From Squalus acanthias (lineage: Eukaryota), in assembly GCA_030390025.1 (NCBI GenBank), contig JASTWF010000035.1, forward strand, positions 2,480,001 through 2,544,000: a stretch of DNA of 64,000 nt, in the 5' to 3' direction. The position numbers were made by a program, and so were the translations under genes. The stretch's first letter is position 1, and every line of letters starts with the position of its first letter. This document shows, one piece after another, positions 1-11,307 of this stretch. Below the pieces are notes generated by a model, which worked only from the letters and a program-made list of their open reading frames with translations, did not search any database and was not told the DNA's origin.

Positions 1-2138
1 CTGCGGCAGAGAATTCCACAGGTGTACGACCCTCTGAGAGAAGCAATTCCTCCTCATCTCAGTTCTAAAAAGGTGAACCTTTATTCTGAAATTATGCCCC
101 CGAGTTCTAGATTTCCCAACAAGGGGAAACATCCTCTCTGCATCTACCTTGTCGAGTCCCCTCAGTATCTTATATGTTTCAATAAGATCACCTCTCATTC
201 TTCTAAATTCCAATGAGTATAGGCCCAACCTGCTCAACCTTTCCTCATAAGTCAACCCCCTCATCTCTGGAATTAACCTAGTGAATCGTCTTTGAACTGC
301 CTCCAATGCAAGTATATCCTTCCTTAAATAAGGAGACCAAAACTGTACACAATACTCAAGGTGTGGTCTCACCAATACTCTGTACAGTTGTAGCAGGACT
401 TCACTGCTTTTATACTCCAACCCCCTTGAAATAAAGGCCAACATTCCATTTGCCTTTTTGATTACTTGCTGTACCTGCATGCTAACTTTTTGTGTTTCAT
501 GCACAAGGACCCCCAGGTCCCTCTGAACTGTAGCATTTTGTAATCTCTCACCATTTAAATAATAATTTGCTTTTTTATTTTTTCTGCCAAAGTGTATAAC
601 CTCGCACTTTCCCACATTATACTCCATCTGCCAAAATGTTTGCCCACTCACTTAGCCTGTCTATATCCCTTTGCAGGTTCTTTGAGTCCTCTGCACAACT
701 TGCTTTCCCACCCATCTTTGTATCATTCGCAAACTTGGCTACATTACACTCGGCCCCTTCATCCAAGTCATTAATGTAGATTGTAAATAGTTGAGGCCCC
801 AGCACCGATCCCTGTGGCACCCCACTAGTTACCATTTGCCAACCGGAAAATGACCCATCCCGACTCTCTGCTTTCTGTTAGTTAGCCAATTCTCTATCCA
901 TGCTAATATATTACCCCCAACTCCGTGAGCTCTTATCTTATGCAGTAACCTTTTATGTGGCATCTTATCGAATGCCTTCTGGAAATCCAAATACACCACA
1001 TCCACTGGCTCACCTTTGTCCACCCTGCTCGTTACCTCCTCAAAGAACTCCAGCAAATTTGTTAAACATGGTTTTCCTTTCATAAAACCATGCTGACTCT
1101 GTTTGACTGCATTATGATTTTCCAAATGTCCTGCTACTGCTACCTTAATGAAGGACTCCAGCATTTTCCCAATGACAGATGTTAGGCTAACTGGTCTGTA
1201 GTTTCCTGCTTTCTGTCTCCCTCCTTTCTTAAATAGGGGTGTTACATTTGCGATTTTCCAATCCACTGGGACCTCTCCAGAGTCCAGGGAATTTTGGTAT
1301 ATTGCAACCAATGCATCCACTATCTCTGCAGCCACTTCTTTTAAGACCCTGGGATGCAGGCCATTTGGTCCAGGGGACTTGTCATCTTTTAGTCCCATTA
1401 TTTTACCAAGTACTTTTTCCTTAGTGATAGTGATTGTCTTTAGTTCCCCACTCCCTGTGGCCCCTTGATTATCCATTATTGGGATGTTGTTCGTGTCTTC
1501 TACCGTGAAGACAGATACAAAATATTTGTTCAGAGTCTCTGCCATTTCCCCGTTCCCCATTATTAATTCCCCAGTCTCATCCTCTAAGGGACCAACGTTT
1601 ACTTTAGCTACTCTCTTCCTTTTTATATACCTGTAGAAGCTCTTACTATCTGTTTTAATATTTCTTGCCAGTTTACTCTCATAATTCATCTTCTCTCTCT
1701 TTATTATTTTATTAGTCATCCTTTGCTGGTTTTTAAAAATTTCCCAATCCTCTGGTCTCCCACCAATCTTGGCAACATCGTATGCCTTTGTTTTCAATTT
1801 GATACCATCCTTTACTTCCTTAGTTAGCCACAGATGGTGCTCCCTTCTCTTAAAATCTTTCTTTCTCACTGGTATATATTTTTGTTGAGTTATGAAATAT
1901 CTCCTTAAATGTCCACCACTGCATTTCAACTGTCTTAACCTTTAATTTATTTTTCCAGTCCACTTTAGCCAGTTCTGCCCTCATGCCATTGTAATTGCCT
2001 TTGTTTAAGATCAGGACACTGGTTTGAGATACAACTTTCTCACCCTCCAACTGAACTTGAAATTCAACCATGTTATGATCACTCTTTCCTAGAGAATCCT
2101 TTACTATGAGATCATTTATTAATTCTGTCTCATTACAG
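1..2138 (-). mobile_element. CR1 LINE ORF2 fragment (linker plus reverse transcriptase), frameshifted
   Basis: ORFs 829-1929 and 617-835 contain KSPGP, NYRPVSLTS, QHGF, LDFQKAFDK and [10 protein letters not shown] motifs. Confidence 0.95.
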
Positions 2139-2140
2139 AG

Positions 2141-2353
2141 CGAAATACACTGCCTGAGAGGATGGTGGAGGCAGATTCAATCGTGGCTTTTAAAAGGGAA
2201 TAAGTACCTGAAGGAAAATAATTTGCAGGGCTATGAGGAAAGGGTGGGGAGTGGGTCTAGCTGAAATGCTCTTGCAGAGAGCCGGCACGGGCTCGACGGG
2301 CCAAATAGCCTCCTTCTGTGCTGGAACCTTTCTATGATCCTATGATTCTATGA
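2141..2353 (+). mobile_element. CR1 3' end fragment
   Basis: ORF2 C-terminus, 3'UTR and (ttctatga)n-like tail. Confidence 0.8.
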
Positions 2354-2382
2354 CTGCACAGTTCCATTCGCAACTCCTCAGA

Positions 2383-2830
2383 ATCTCGACACCATCCAGG
2401 AAAAAGTAGCCTGCTTGATTGGCATCCCATCCACCACCTTAAACATTCACTCCCTCCACCACCGGCGTACCGTGTACAAGGTGCAATGCAGCAATTCGCT
2501 AAGGCTTCTTCGACAGCACCTCCCAAACCCACGACCTCTACCACCTAGAAGGAGAAGTGCTGCAGGCACATGGGAACACCACCACCTCCAAGTTCCCCTC
2601 CAAGTCACACACCATCCTGACTTGGAAGTATATCACCGTTCCTTCATCGTCGCTGGGTCAAAATCCTGGAACTCCTTTCCTAACAGCACTGTGGGAGTAC
2701 CTTCACTGCATGGACTGCAGCAGTTCAAGAAGGTGGCTCCCCACCACCTTCTCAAGGGCAACTAGGGATGGGCAATAAATGCTGGGCTTTCCAGAGACGC
2801 CCACATCCCAGGAACAAATAAAAAATAAAT
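2383..2830 (+). mobile_element. LINE-B (second CR1/L2-group lineage) 3' end
   Basis: NIHSLHHRR and SKSWNS peptides and the terminal gggcaataaatgctgg...cccacatccc-A-rich end shared with 4121-6364. Confidence 0.85.
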
Positions 2831-2914
2831 GAGGAGGCTTCTGAGCATGGTTCTCCAATTTCAGCCCCCCTGCGTGTGGTCATTCTTCCTACGTAAGTCG
2901 AGACAGACAGGCCC

Positions 2915-3012
2915 GATGCTGTAATAAAAAGAGACACTCAGCAGGTCAGGCAGTGTCTGTGGAGAGAGGAAGGTACAGTTAACGTTTCAGGTCAATGACC
3001 CTTCGTCGGAAC
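2915..3012 (-). mobile_element. Penelope-like element (family A) terminal fragment
   Basis: Matches 48317-48420 and 37036-37068 plus 40487-40555 (gaaacgttaact...ctctccacaga...gcctgacctgctgagt). Confidence 0.75.
2977..3012 (-). ncRNA. Minimal type I hammerhead ribozyme, CCGACGA core variant
   Basis: Minus strand reads gtt-CCGACGA-a-gggtc-att-gacct-GAAA-cg-TT-aac. Confidence 0.65.
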
Positions 3013-3071
3013 CCCGCCCCTGTCCTCGCCCAGTACCCACACTGACACTTTCCAGCAGGACCCATCAGACA

Positions 3072-3716
3072 GTGATTAACATCACCAAGCCCTTGCTGGC
3101 CCAGGGCATTCACACAAACACTAACCCTGCTGAGACCAGCTGGGGCCGCTGGCATTCACCCCAGGGTGCTCAATGAAATGGGGGATGTGTTAAGGGAGCC
3201 TCTGCCTTCTATATTTAATAGCTCACTAGAGTCGGAGACGGTCCCTGTAGAAACAACTTCAGCCATTGTAACATTGTTAGACGGGACCGTTGGAGATACC
3301 CTGTGTGAACACCTGGACAGAGTAGGGTTATTACAGACTCACAACAAGGCTTCTGGAAAAGAAAGTCATGTCTCACCAACCTGGTTGAAGTTTTTAAGGA
3401 GGTAACCAGTTCGGTGGAAGAAAGTAGCCTATCATTGTAGTATATTTGGAAAGCTTTTGACAAGGTGCCAATGAAGAGAGAATTGGTTACATTACACACA
3501 GGCAGAGGGTTGTTATTAATGGAAGTGGAGTCCCACAGGGATCCGTGTTGGGGCCACCCCACTTTGTGATATTTATTGATGATCTAGATGAAGGTGTTTT
3601 GGGTACTGTCCACAAGGTAGAAGACAATGATTAATATCACCAAGCCCTTGCTGGCCCAGGACATTCACCACAAACACTAACCCCGCTGAGACCAGCTGGG
3701 GCTGCTGGCATTCAGA
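3072..3716 (+). repeat. ~87-bp direct repeats flanking an old degenerate CR1 RT fragment (~3160-3625)
   Basis: tgattaa(c/t)atcaccaagcccttgctggcccagg...gctggcattca occurs at ~3072-3158 and ~3628-3716. The interior has remnant KAFDKVP and [10 protein letters not shown]. Confidence 0.75.
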
Positions 3717-3844
3717 GACCAGCAGGCGCATCAGAACACCACCGACATGGACTCGATGGGCCGAATGGCCTCCTTCTGTGCCGTTATGACTCTATGACAA
3801 CATTCAGATTTGTGCTAGCGATGGGACCTGTACATTCCTGTAAT

Positions 3845-6455
3845 ATAAGAAACCCGGCAGCCAATTTGCGCACAGCACGTTTCCACAAAGAACATTGAGA
3901 TAATGACAAGATAATCTGCTTTTTATGTGTTGGTTGAGGGATAAATATTGGCCAAGGCACTGGTCAGAACTCCCCTACTCTTCTTCGTATAATGCCATGG
4001 GATCTCTTATGTCCACCTCAGAGAGAAGATGGGGCCTCAGTTTAACATCTCATGCAAAACACAGTCCTTCCGAAAATGCAGCAGTCCCTCAGTCCTGCAT
4101 GGAAGCATCAGCCTAGATTTGTTTTTCGTTTATGGGATGTGGGCGTCGCTGGCAAGGCCAGCATTTATTGTCCATCCCTAATTGCCCTTGAGAAGGTGGT
4201 GGTGAGCCGTCTTCTTGAACCGCTGCAGTCCGTGTGGTGAAGGTGCTCCCACAGTGCTGTTAGGGAGGGAGTTCCAAGATTTTGACCCAGCGACGATGAA
4301 GGATCGGCGATATATTTCCAAGTCAGGATAGTGTGTGACTTGGAGGGGAACTTGGAGGTGGTGGTGTTCCCATGTGCCTGCTGCCCTTGACCTTCTAGGT
4401 GGAAGAGGTAGCAGGTCTGGGAGGTGCTGCCGAAGAAGCCTTGGCGAGTTGCTGCAGTGCATCTTGTAGATAGTACACATTGCAGCCATGGTGCGCCGGT
4501 GGTGGAGGGAGTGAATGTTTAAGGCGGTGAATGGGGTGCCAATCAAGCGGGCTGCTTTGTCCTGGATGGCATCAAGCTTCTGAACTGTTGTTGGAGCTGC
4601 ACTCATCCAGGCAAGCGGAGAGTATTCCATCACACTCCTTACTTGTGCCTTGTAGATGGTGGAAAGGCTTTGGGGAGTCAGGAGGTGAGACACTCGCCGC
4701 AAAATACCTAGCCTCTGACCTGCTCCTGTTGCCACAGTATTGATGTGGCTGGTCCAGTTAAGTTTCTGGTCAATGGAGACCCCCAGGATGTTGATGGTGG
4801 GGGATTCGGCGATGGTAATGCCGTTGAATGTCAAGGGGCGGTGGTTAGACTCTCGCTTGTTGGAGGTAGTCAATGCTTGGCACTTGTGTGGCGCGAATGT
4901 TACCTGCCACTTATCAGCCCAAGCCTGAACGTCGTCCAGATCTTGTTGCATGCGGGCATGGACTGCTTCATTATCTGAGGAATTGTGAATGGCACTGAAC
5001 ACTGTGCAGTCATCAGCGAACATCCCCATTTCTGACCTTATGTTGGAGGGAAGGTCATTGATGAAGCAGCTAAAGATGTTTGGACCTACCACACTGCCCT
5101 GAGGAACTCCTGCAGGGATGTCCTGGGGGTGTGATGATTAATTTTCAACCACCACAACCATCATCCTTTGTGCTAGGTATGACGCCAGCCAATGGAGAGT
5201 TTTCCCCCTGATTCCCATTGACTTCAGTTTTATTAGGGCTCCTTGATGCCACACTCCGTCAAATGCTGCCTTGATGTCAAGGGCAGTCACTCTCACCTCA
5301 CCTCTGGAATTCAGCTCCTTTGTCCATGTTTGGACCAAGGCTGTAATGAGGTCGGGAGCCGAGTGATCTTGGTGGAACCCAAACTGGGCATCAGTGAGCA
5401 GGTTATTGGTGAGTAAGTGCCGCTTGATAACACGGTCGACGACACCTTCCATCACTTTGCTGATGATTGAGAGTAGACTGATGGGGCGGTAATTGGCCGG
5501 GTTGGATTTGTCCTGCTTTTTGTGGACAGGACATACCTGGGCAGTTTTTCACATTGTTGGATAGATACCAGTGTTGTAGCTGTACTGGAACAGCTTGGCT
5601 AGAGGCACGGCTAGTTCTGGAGCACAAGTCTTCAGCACGATAGCCGGGATGTTGTCAGGGCCCATAGCCTTTGCTGTATCCAGTGCGCTCAGCCATTTCT
5701 TGAGATCATGTGGAGTGAATCAAATTGACTGAAGACTGGCTTCTGTGATGGTGGGGACCTCAGGAGTAGGCCGATATGGATCATCCACTCGGCACTTCTG
5801 GCTGAAGATCGTTGCAAACGCTTCAGCCTTGTCTTTTGCATTCACGTGCTGGGCTCCACCACCAGTGAGGATGGGGATATTCATGGCTGGATGTGGCAGG
5901 ACTGCAGAGCTTTGATATGATCCGTTGATTGTGGGATCGCTTAGCCCTGTCTATAGCATGCTGCTTCAGCTTTTTAGCATGCATGCAGTCCTGTGTTGCA
6001 GCTTCCCCAAGTTGACACCTCATTTTTAGGTACGCCTGGTGCTGCTCCTGGCATGCTCTTCTGCACTCCTTATTGAACCAGGGCTGGTCCCCTGGCTTGA
6101 TGGTAATGGTAGAGTGAGGGATATGCCGGGCCATGAGGTTACAGATTATGGTGGAATACAATTCTGCTGCTGCTGATGGCCCACAGCGCCTCATGGTTGC
6201 CCAGTTTTGAGCTGCTAGATCTGTTCTGAATCTATCCCATTTAGCACGGTGGTGGTGCCACACAACACGATGGAGGGTGTCCTCAGTGTGAAGACGGGAC
6301 TTCATCTCCACAATGACTGCTACCAATCCTGTCATGGACAGATGCATCTGCGACAGGTAGATTGAGATTATGGGCTCAAGACTCTGTAGTGAGAGTTGAA
6401 ATCATGACCTTCCGACTCAAAGGCGAAAATGCTACTACTGAGCCCAGACTGACAC
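3845..6455 (-). mobile_element. DeuSINE (SacSINE1/AmnSINE1-like) split by a LINE-B insertion: body 3845-4120, tRNA-like head ~6365-6455
   Basis: Deu-domain sequence (ccaatatttatccctcaacc, tgtgcgcaaattggctgcc) on the minus strand. Head and body rejoin at the shared sequence agatt. Confidence 0.75.
4121..6364 (-). mobile_element. LINE-B ORF2 (RT and 3' end), 5'-truncated and frameshifted
   Basis: ORFs 4178-5092, 5138-5455 and 5823-6347 contain QFGF, LDIKAAFD, FADD and VRSVMEYS. Confidence 0.92.
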
Positions 6456-6702
6456 TTCTGGAGCTAACACAGCTGTCTGTTTGCATCCTCTGATCCTCCT
6501 CCTGCATAACCTGCTGGTAGAGAAGTGCGTAGGAGGGGTACTCATAGCTGTATGCAAATAGACTCACTAATAACCTTGGCTGTGAAGTCACTCATAAAAG
6601 GTGGAGTACAGCTTTAAGACGCTGTCAGGAAGGTGTCTAGAGGTTCCCTTTAACAACTTATGTTCAAGACCAATATAGCACAGAACAGTCCATTGTTGAG
6701 AG

Positions 6703-8415
6703 ATAGAATCATAGAATGGTTACAGCACGGTAGAAGGCCATTTGGCCCATCGAGCCCGTGCCAGCTCTCTGCAAGAGAACTTCAGCTAGTCCCACTCCCC
6801 TGCCCTTTCCCCATAGTCCTGTAAATTTCTTTCCTTTAGATACTTATCCAACTCCCTTCTGAAAGCTGTGATTGAATCTGCCTCCACCACTCTTTCAGGC
6901 AGTGCATTCCAGATTTTAACCACTCGCTGCGTAAAAAAGTTTTTTCTTATGTCGCCTTTGATTCTTTTGCCAATTACCTTAAATCTGTGTCCTCTGGTTC
7001 TCGACCCTTCCGCCAATGGGAACAGTTTCTCTCTATCTACTCTGCCTTGACCCCTCATGATTTTGAACACCTCGATCAAATCTCATCTAAATCTTTTCTG
7101 CTCCAAGGCTTCTCCAATCTATCAACGTAATTAAAGTCCCTCATTCCTGGAATCATTCTCGTAAATCGTTTCTAGACCCTCTCTAAGGCCTTCACATCCT
7201 TCCTAAGGTTTGGTGCCCAGAATTAGACACAGTACTCCAGTTGGGGCTGAACCAGTGTATTATACAGGTTCATTATAATTTCAACACTTTTGTACTCTAT
7301 ATATGGCCCAGAAATTTGGGTCTCCACGGGTGAGTACGCGCTGTGTACTCACCTGTAAGGCCAACGAAAGTGCCGGTTTCGTGCATGCACTGCGCATGCG
7401 CTGGAAACCGGAACTTCCGTTCCCTTGAAGGAAGGGGTTCACAGGTCAAACGCGTGCGCGGGAGAGGCAGCGCGTAGACCTGGAACTTCAGCCTTTTTTA
7501 CAGGTCTCTCCGTGCGGGTAAGTCCCCAGCAACTGCACGTGGAAAAAGCAGGCGCAAGGCCTGCTTTTAACAAGGTAAGAGGTGAATTAAGTAAAATTTA
7601 AACATTTTTTCCACAGGTTTATCATTTTTAAATACTTTAAAGAAAGGTAAGTTTATTTTTAGCCCCGTTAAAAACTTTAATACATTTTTTCAAAATTTAA
7701 AATTTTTGTTTAAAGTAGTTAATTTATGTAATTTATAGTTAAAATGTGATTTAAAAAAAAATTTATTTGAAGTTTTACTTAGGTTTTGGGGTCGATCTCT
7801 ATTCCTAGATTTGACAGGTCTTCCTGTCAATTGTATGAATGGAGATTCCCTGCTCCGATTGGCTCCCCATGGCCCACGTGATCCCAGGGGACGCTGCGAA
7901 CTAACTGCGCCGCTGGGATCCGCGAGCACTGCACACCGGCAGCTGGAGGAGGCCCAGGATCGCAATCCCATGCGGGCCCACAGCACAACGGCAGGCGCGC
8001 TGTGTAAGTGCACCCGCTATGCTTGCACCCGCGGGAAGCCTCCGACCCGAATTTCTGGGCCTATCCCTCTTTTTATGAAGCCCAGGATCCCGTAAGCCTT
8101 TTTTAACCGCTTTCTTAACCTGCCCTGCCACCTTCAACTATTTGTGCACACATACCCCCAGGTCTCTGTGTTCGTGCGCCCCTTGCAGGATTGTACCGTT
8201 TAGTTTATATTTCCTCTCCTCATTCTTTCTACCAAAATGTATCACTTCACACTTTTCTGCGTTAAATTTCATCTGCCACGTGTCCGCCCATTCCACCAGC
8301 CTGCTTATGTCTTCCTGAAGTCTTTCACTCTCCTCCTCACTGTTTACGATCCTTCCAAGTTTTGTGTCATCTGCAAATTTTGAAATTATGCCCTGTACAC
8401 CCACGTCCAAGTCAT
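6703..8415 (-). mobile_element. CR1 3' fragment interrupted by a MITE
   Basis: ORFs 6786-7079 and 8138-8452 (FADD; RTRGH; FFTQRVV), tail atagaatc. Host sequence rejoins across 7305-8061. Confidence 0.9.
7305..8061. mobile_element. Tourist/Harbinger-like MITE
   Basis: Terminal inverted repeats (TIRs) ggcccagaaatt...aatttctgggcc, 3-bp TSD tat (7302-7304, 8062-8064), AT-rich centre, no ORF. Confidence 0.88.
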
Positions 8416-8862
8416 GCAGCAAGAAGTGCAGTGTGTCTTTAACAAAAAGCAACCAGCTGAAGAGAACATGCCTGTTTAGTCTCAGTGCTCAACCTATTAG
8501 ATGTTACTAAGACTCTTGGATTGCATTATCGTGGAATCATAGAATCTTACAGCGCATTTTTCTATTTACGAAAACAAAAATACATTCCTAACAGTTGAGA
8601 ACAGCATCGGTCTTGGTTCCAATGCCTTCATTGTTGAATAGCGTGCTGACACTCAGTGCCTAGGCCAAGGTCTGAAGAATGGTGACTAGGGCGAGGTATG
8701 GGAGTGACCCTGACACCTGTGGAGCTCGATGGAATCAGCACCCGCGAGAGGGGCGCCGAGGAAATAGTAGAAAAAAGAAAGACAAGCAAAATATATCCAC
8801 AATCAATGCATTTCAAAAACAATGGGCTTCAGCCTGAACTCAGTTTGCAAGACATTGCTCAC

Positions 8863-8941
8863 CAGATCAGTGTCCTGCTCTGTCACCAGAGTCCCATTCG
8901 AATCATAGTGCGATACCTGGAACCCTCTCGGCAAGAGGAGT
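8863..8941 (-). CDS. ADAM-family metalloprotease, prodomain exon (probable exon 4): (K)LLLPRGFQVSHYDSNGTLVTEQDTDL
   Basis: 79-bp exon with acceptor cctttcttttttccccacag and donor CTG|gtgagc. Phase 2 in completes codon AA|A from the previous exon. Contains the LL-x-x-x-F-x-x-x-x-Y-x-x-x-G propeptide motif. Confidence 0.9.
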
Positions 8942-10248
8942 CTGTGGGGAAAAAAGAAAGGAACAAGGTTCGACTGAATTCGGCTGAATGGCAGAGTCTT
9001 CCAGCACTGCTCTATGTCAGATACACATTGTCTGAACCTGTGAGAGAGATACTGAGTGTTACACTAAGAGAAAGCACAAAGCACTAATACAGCAACGGAA
9101 GGACAGAATGAGGCTGAATTATCAAATAGAAATCTTCCTTGAAACAAACTCAAGTCTCCATGCCCATGATCCAGGACAAGCTCCCACTTTAGAATTGTTG
9201 CTCCCGGGAATGGTCTGACTTAGAGTGAAAGGTTCACTTTTCCATCTGACTGTGTAGCTCTGGGTTGCTGCATGTGTTCATCGTAATGGTGCCAACAAGT
9301 AAAATCAGACTATTCTCATCTTGAACCAGTGCACTTTTACTTCTTATTTGGAGTATTACGATTGCTGGGAGCTGAGACTTCTCTCGACAAACACACACTT
9401 TTTACCGTATAAGTTTTCATAGAATCATAGAAATTTATGGCACGGAAGGAGGCCATTCGACCCATTGTCTCTGTACCAGCCAAAAAAGAGCTATCCAGCC
9501 TAATCCCACTTTTCGGCTCTTGGTCCGTAGCCCTGTAGGTTATGGCAATTTTTTATTTATTCGTTCCTGGGATGTGGGCATCACTGGCAAGGCCAGCATT
9601 AATTGCCCATCCCTAATTGCCCTTGAGAATCATAGAATGGTTACCGCACAGAGGAGGCCATTCGGCCCGTCGAGCCTGTGCCGGCTCTCTGCAAGAGCAC
9701 CTCAGCTAGTCCCACTCCCTCGCCCTTTCCCCGTAGCCCTGCAAATTATTTTGCTTCAGGTACTTATCCAATTACCTTTTGAAAGCCATGATTGAGTCTG
9801 CCTCCACCACCCTTTCAGGCAGTGTATTCCAGATCATAACCACTCGTCACGTAAAAATGTTTTTCCTCATTTCGCCTTTGGTTCTTCTGCCAATCACCTT
9901 AAATCTGTGTCCTCTGGTTCTTGACCCTTCCACCAATGGGAACAGTTTCTCTCTATCTACTCTGTCCAGACCCCTCATGATTTTGAACACCTCTATCGAA
10001 TCTCCTCTCAATCTTCTCTGCTCTAAGGAGAAAAACCCCAGCTTCTCCAGTCTATCCGCGTAACTGAAGTCCCTCATCCCTGGAATCATTCTTGTAAATC
10101 TTTTCTGCATCCTTTCCAAAGCTTTCACATCCTCCCTAAAGTGTGGTGCCCAGAATTGGACACAATACTCCAGTTGAGGCCGAACCAGTGTTTTATAAAG
10201 GTTCATCATAACTTCCTTGCTTTTGTACTCTATGCCTCTATTTATGAA

Positions 10249-10423
10249 TGATGCGGAGATGCCGGTGTTGGACTGGGGTGGACAAAAGTGAGAAGTCGCA
10301 CAACACCAGGTTATAGTCCAACAGCTTTATATGACTTCACCTGACGAAGGAGCAGCGCTCCGAAAGCTTGTGATTTCAAATAAAGCTGTTGGACTATAAC
10401 CTGGTGTTGTGCGACTTCTCACT
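10249..10423 (+). mobile_element. Penelope-like (family B) micro-insertion: 44-bp inverted repeat with a hammerhead in the loop
   Basis: Perfect arms 10287-10330 and 10380-10423. TSD (ct)atttatgaa at 10238-10248 and 10422-10432. Same termini as 36096-36793, which carries a GIY-YIG-domain C-terminus. Confidence 0.85.
10337..10373 (+). ncRNA. Minimal type I hammerhead ribozyme with canonical core
   Basis: tcac-CTGACGA-a-ggagc-agc-gctcc-GAAA-gc-TT-gtga. Stems I and II pair, and stem III is the palindrome AGCU. Confidence 0.85.
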
Positions 10424-10563
10424 ATTTATGAAGCCCAGAATCCCGTGTGCTTTGTTAACCGCTTTCTCAACCTGCCCTGCCACCTTCAATGATTTGTGCA
10501 CATATGCCCCCAGGTCTCTCTGTTCATGCACCCACTTTAGAATTGCACCCTTTAGTTTATATT

Positions 10564-11307
10564 GGCCCAAAAATTAGTGCCGCTACGCGAGAGTACGCAC
10601 TGTGTACTCTCGCGTATTCTGTCTCCAATTGCCGGTTTTCTGCATGCACTGCGCATGCGCTGAAAACCGGCACTTGGTGATTTCAAAAGGGGGCGGTTCC
10701 TAGGTGAACCGCGTGCGCGCTACAGGCTGCGCGCACGCAGTGCACTTAGTGCTTTGAACGCACAGGTAAGCATGGAACATTTTACACATAAAGAAAGGAG
10801 GCGTAAGACCCTCTTTTAACAAGGTAAGTAGTTAATTAAGTATTATTTTGAATTTTTTTCAACAGGTATATCTTTTTTAGAGACTTTAAAGAAAGGTAAG
10901 TTTATTTTTATAACTTTTTAAAAGATTTTAAATTTTTTCAAAAATTTAATTTTTTGTTTAAAGTGGTTAATTTATTTAACTACACTTATTTTATTAATGT
11001 GATGGGTTTTTTTTTAAATTTAATTGAGGTTTAGCTGTTCTTTTGGGGGGGTATAGTATTCATAGCTTTCACAGCCGTGCTGTGAAAGCTATGAATGAAA
11101 GATGGTGTGCTGCCATTGGCTCTAACGGAGTCACGTGATCCCACAGCTCGCACGAATTAACTGCGCCTGTGGGATACGAAAGCCCTGCACAGCTGCTGTC
11201 CAGAACATCAAGTTCGTGCGAGCTCGGAATAAAAAAGCCAGCGCACAGTGAGAGATCGCGGGGAAGCCTTACCCTCGCACGAAGGCTCACTCACTAATTT
11301 TTGAGCC
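10564..11307. mobile_element. Tourist/Harbinger-like MITE related to 7305-8061
   Basis: TIRs ggcccaaaaattagtg...cactaatttttgagcc, TSD att (10561-10563, 11308-11310). Shares internal blocks (tgcatgcactgcgcatgcgctg, tttaacaaggtaag). Confidence 0.88.

Noticed and set aside
6456..6700. Next ADAM exon (CxYxG...STCxGL) in this non-repetitive island
   Set aside because: No matching peptide with splice sites was found by eye; the exon probably lies beyond the window start.
8698..9087. 129-aa plus-strand ORF as a gene
   Set aside because: No recognisable motif; it overlaps the well-supported minus-strand ADAM exon.
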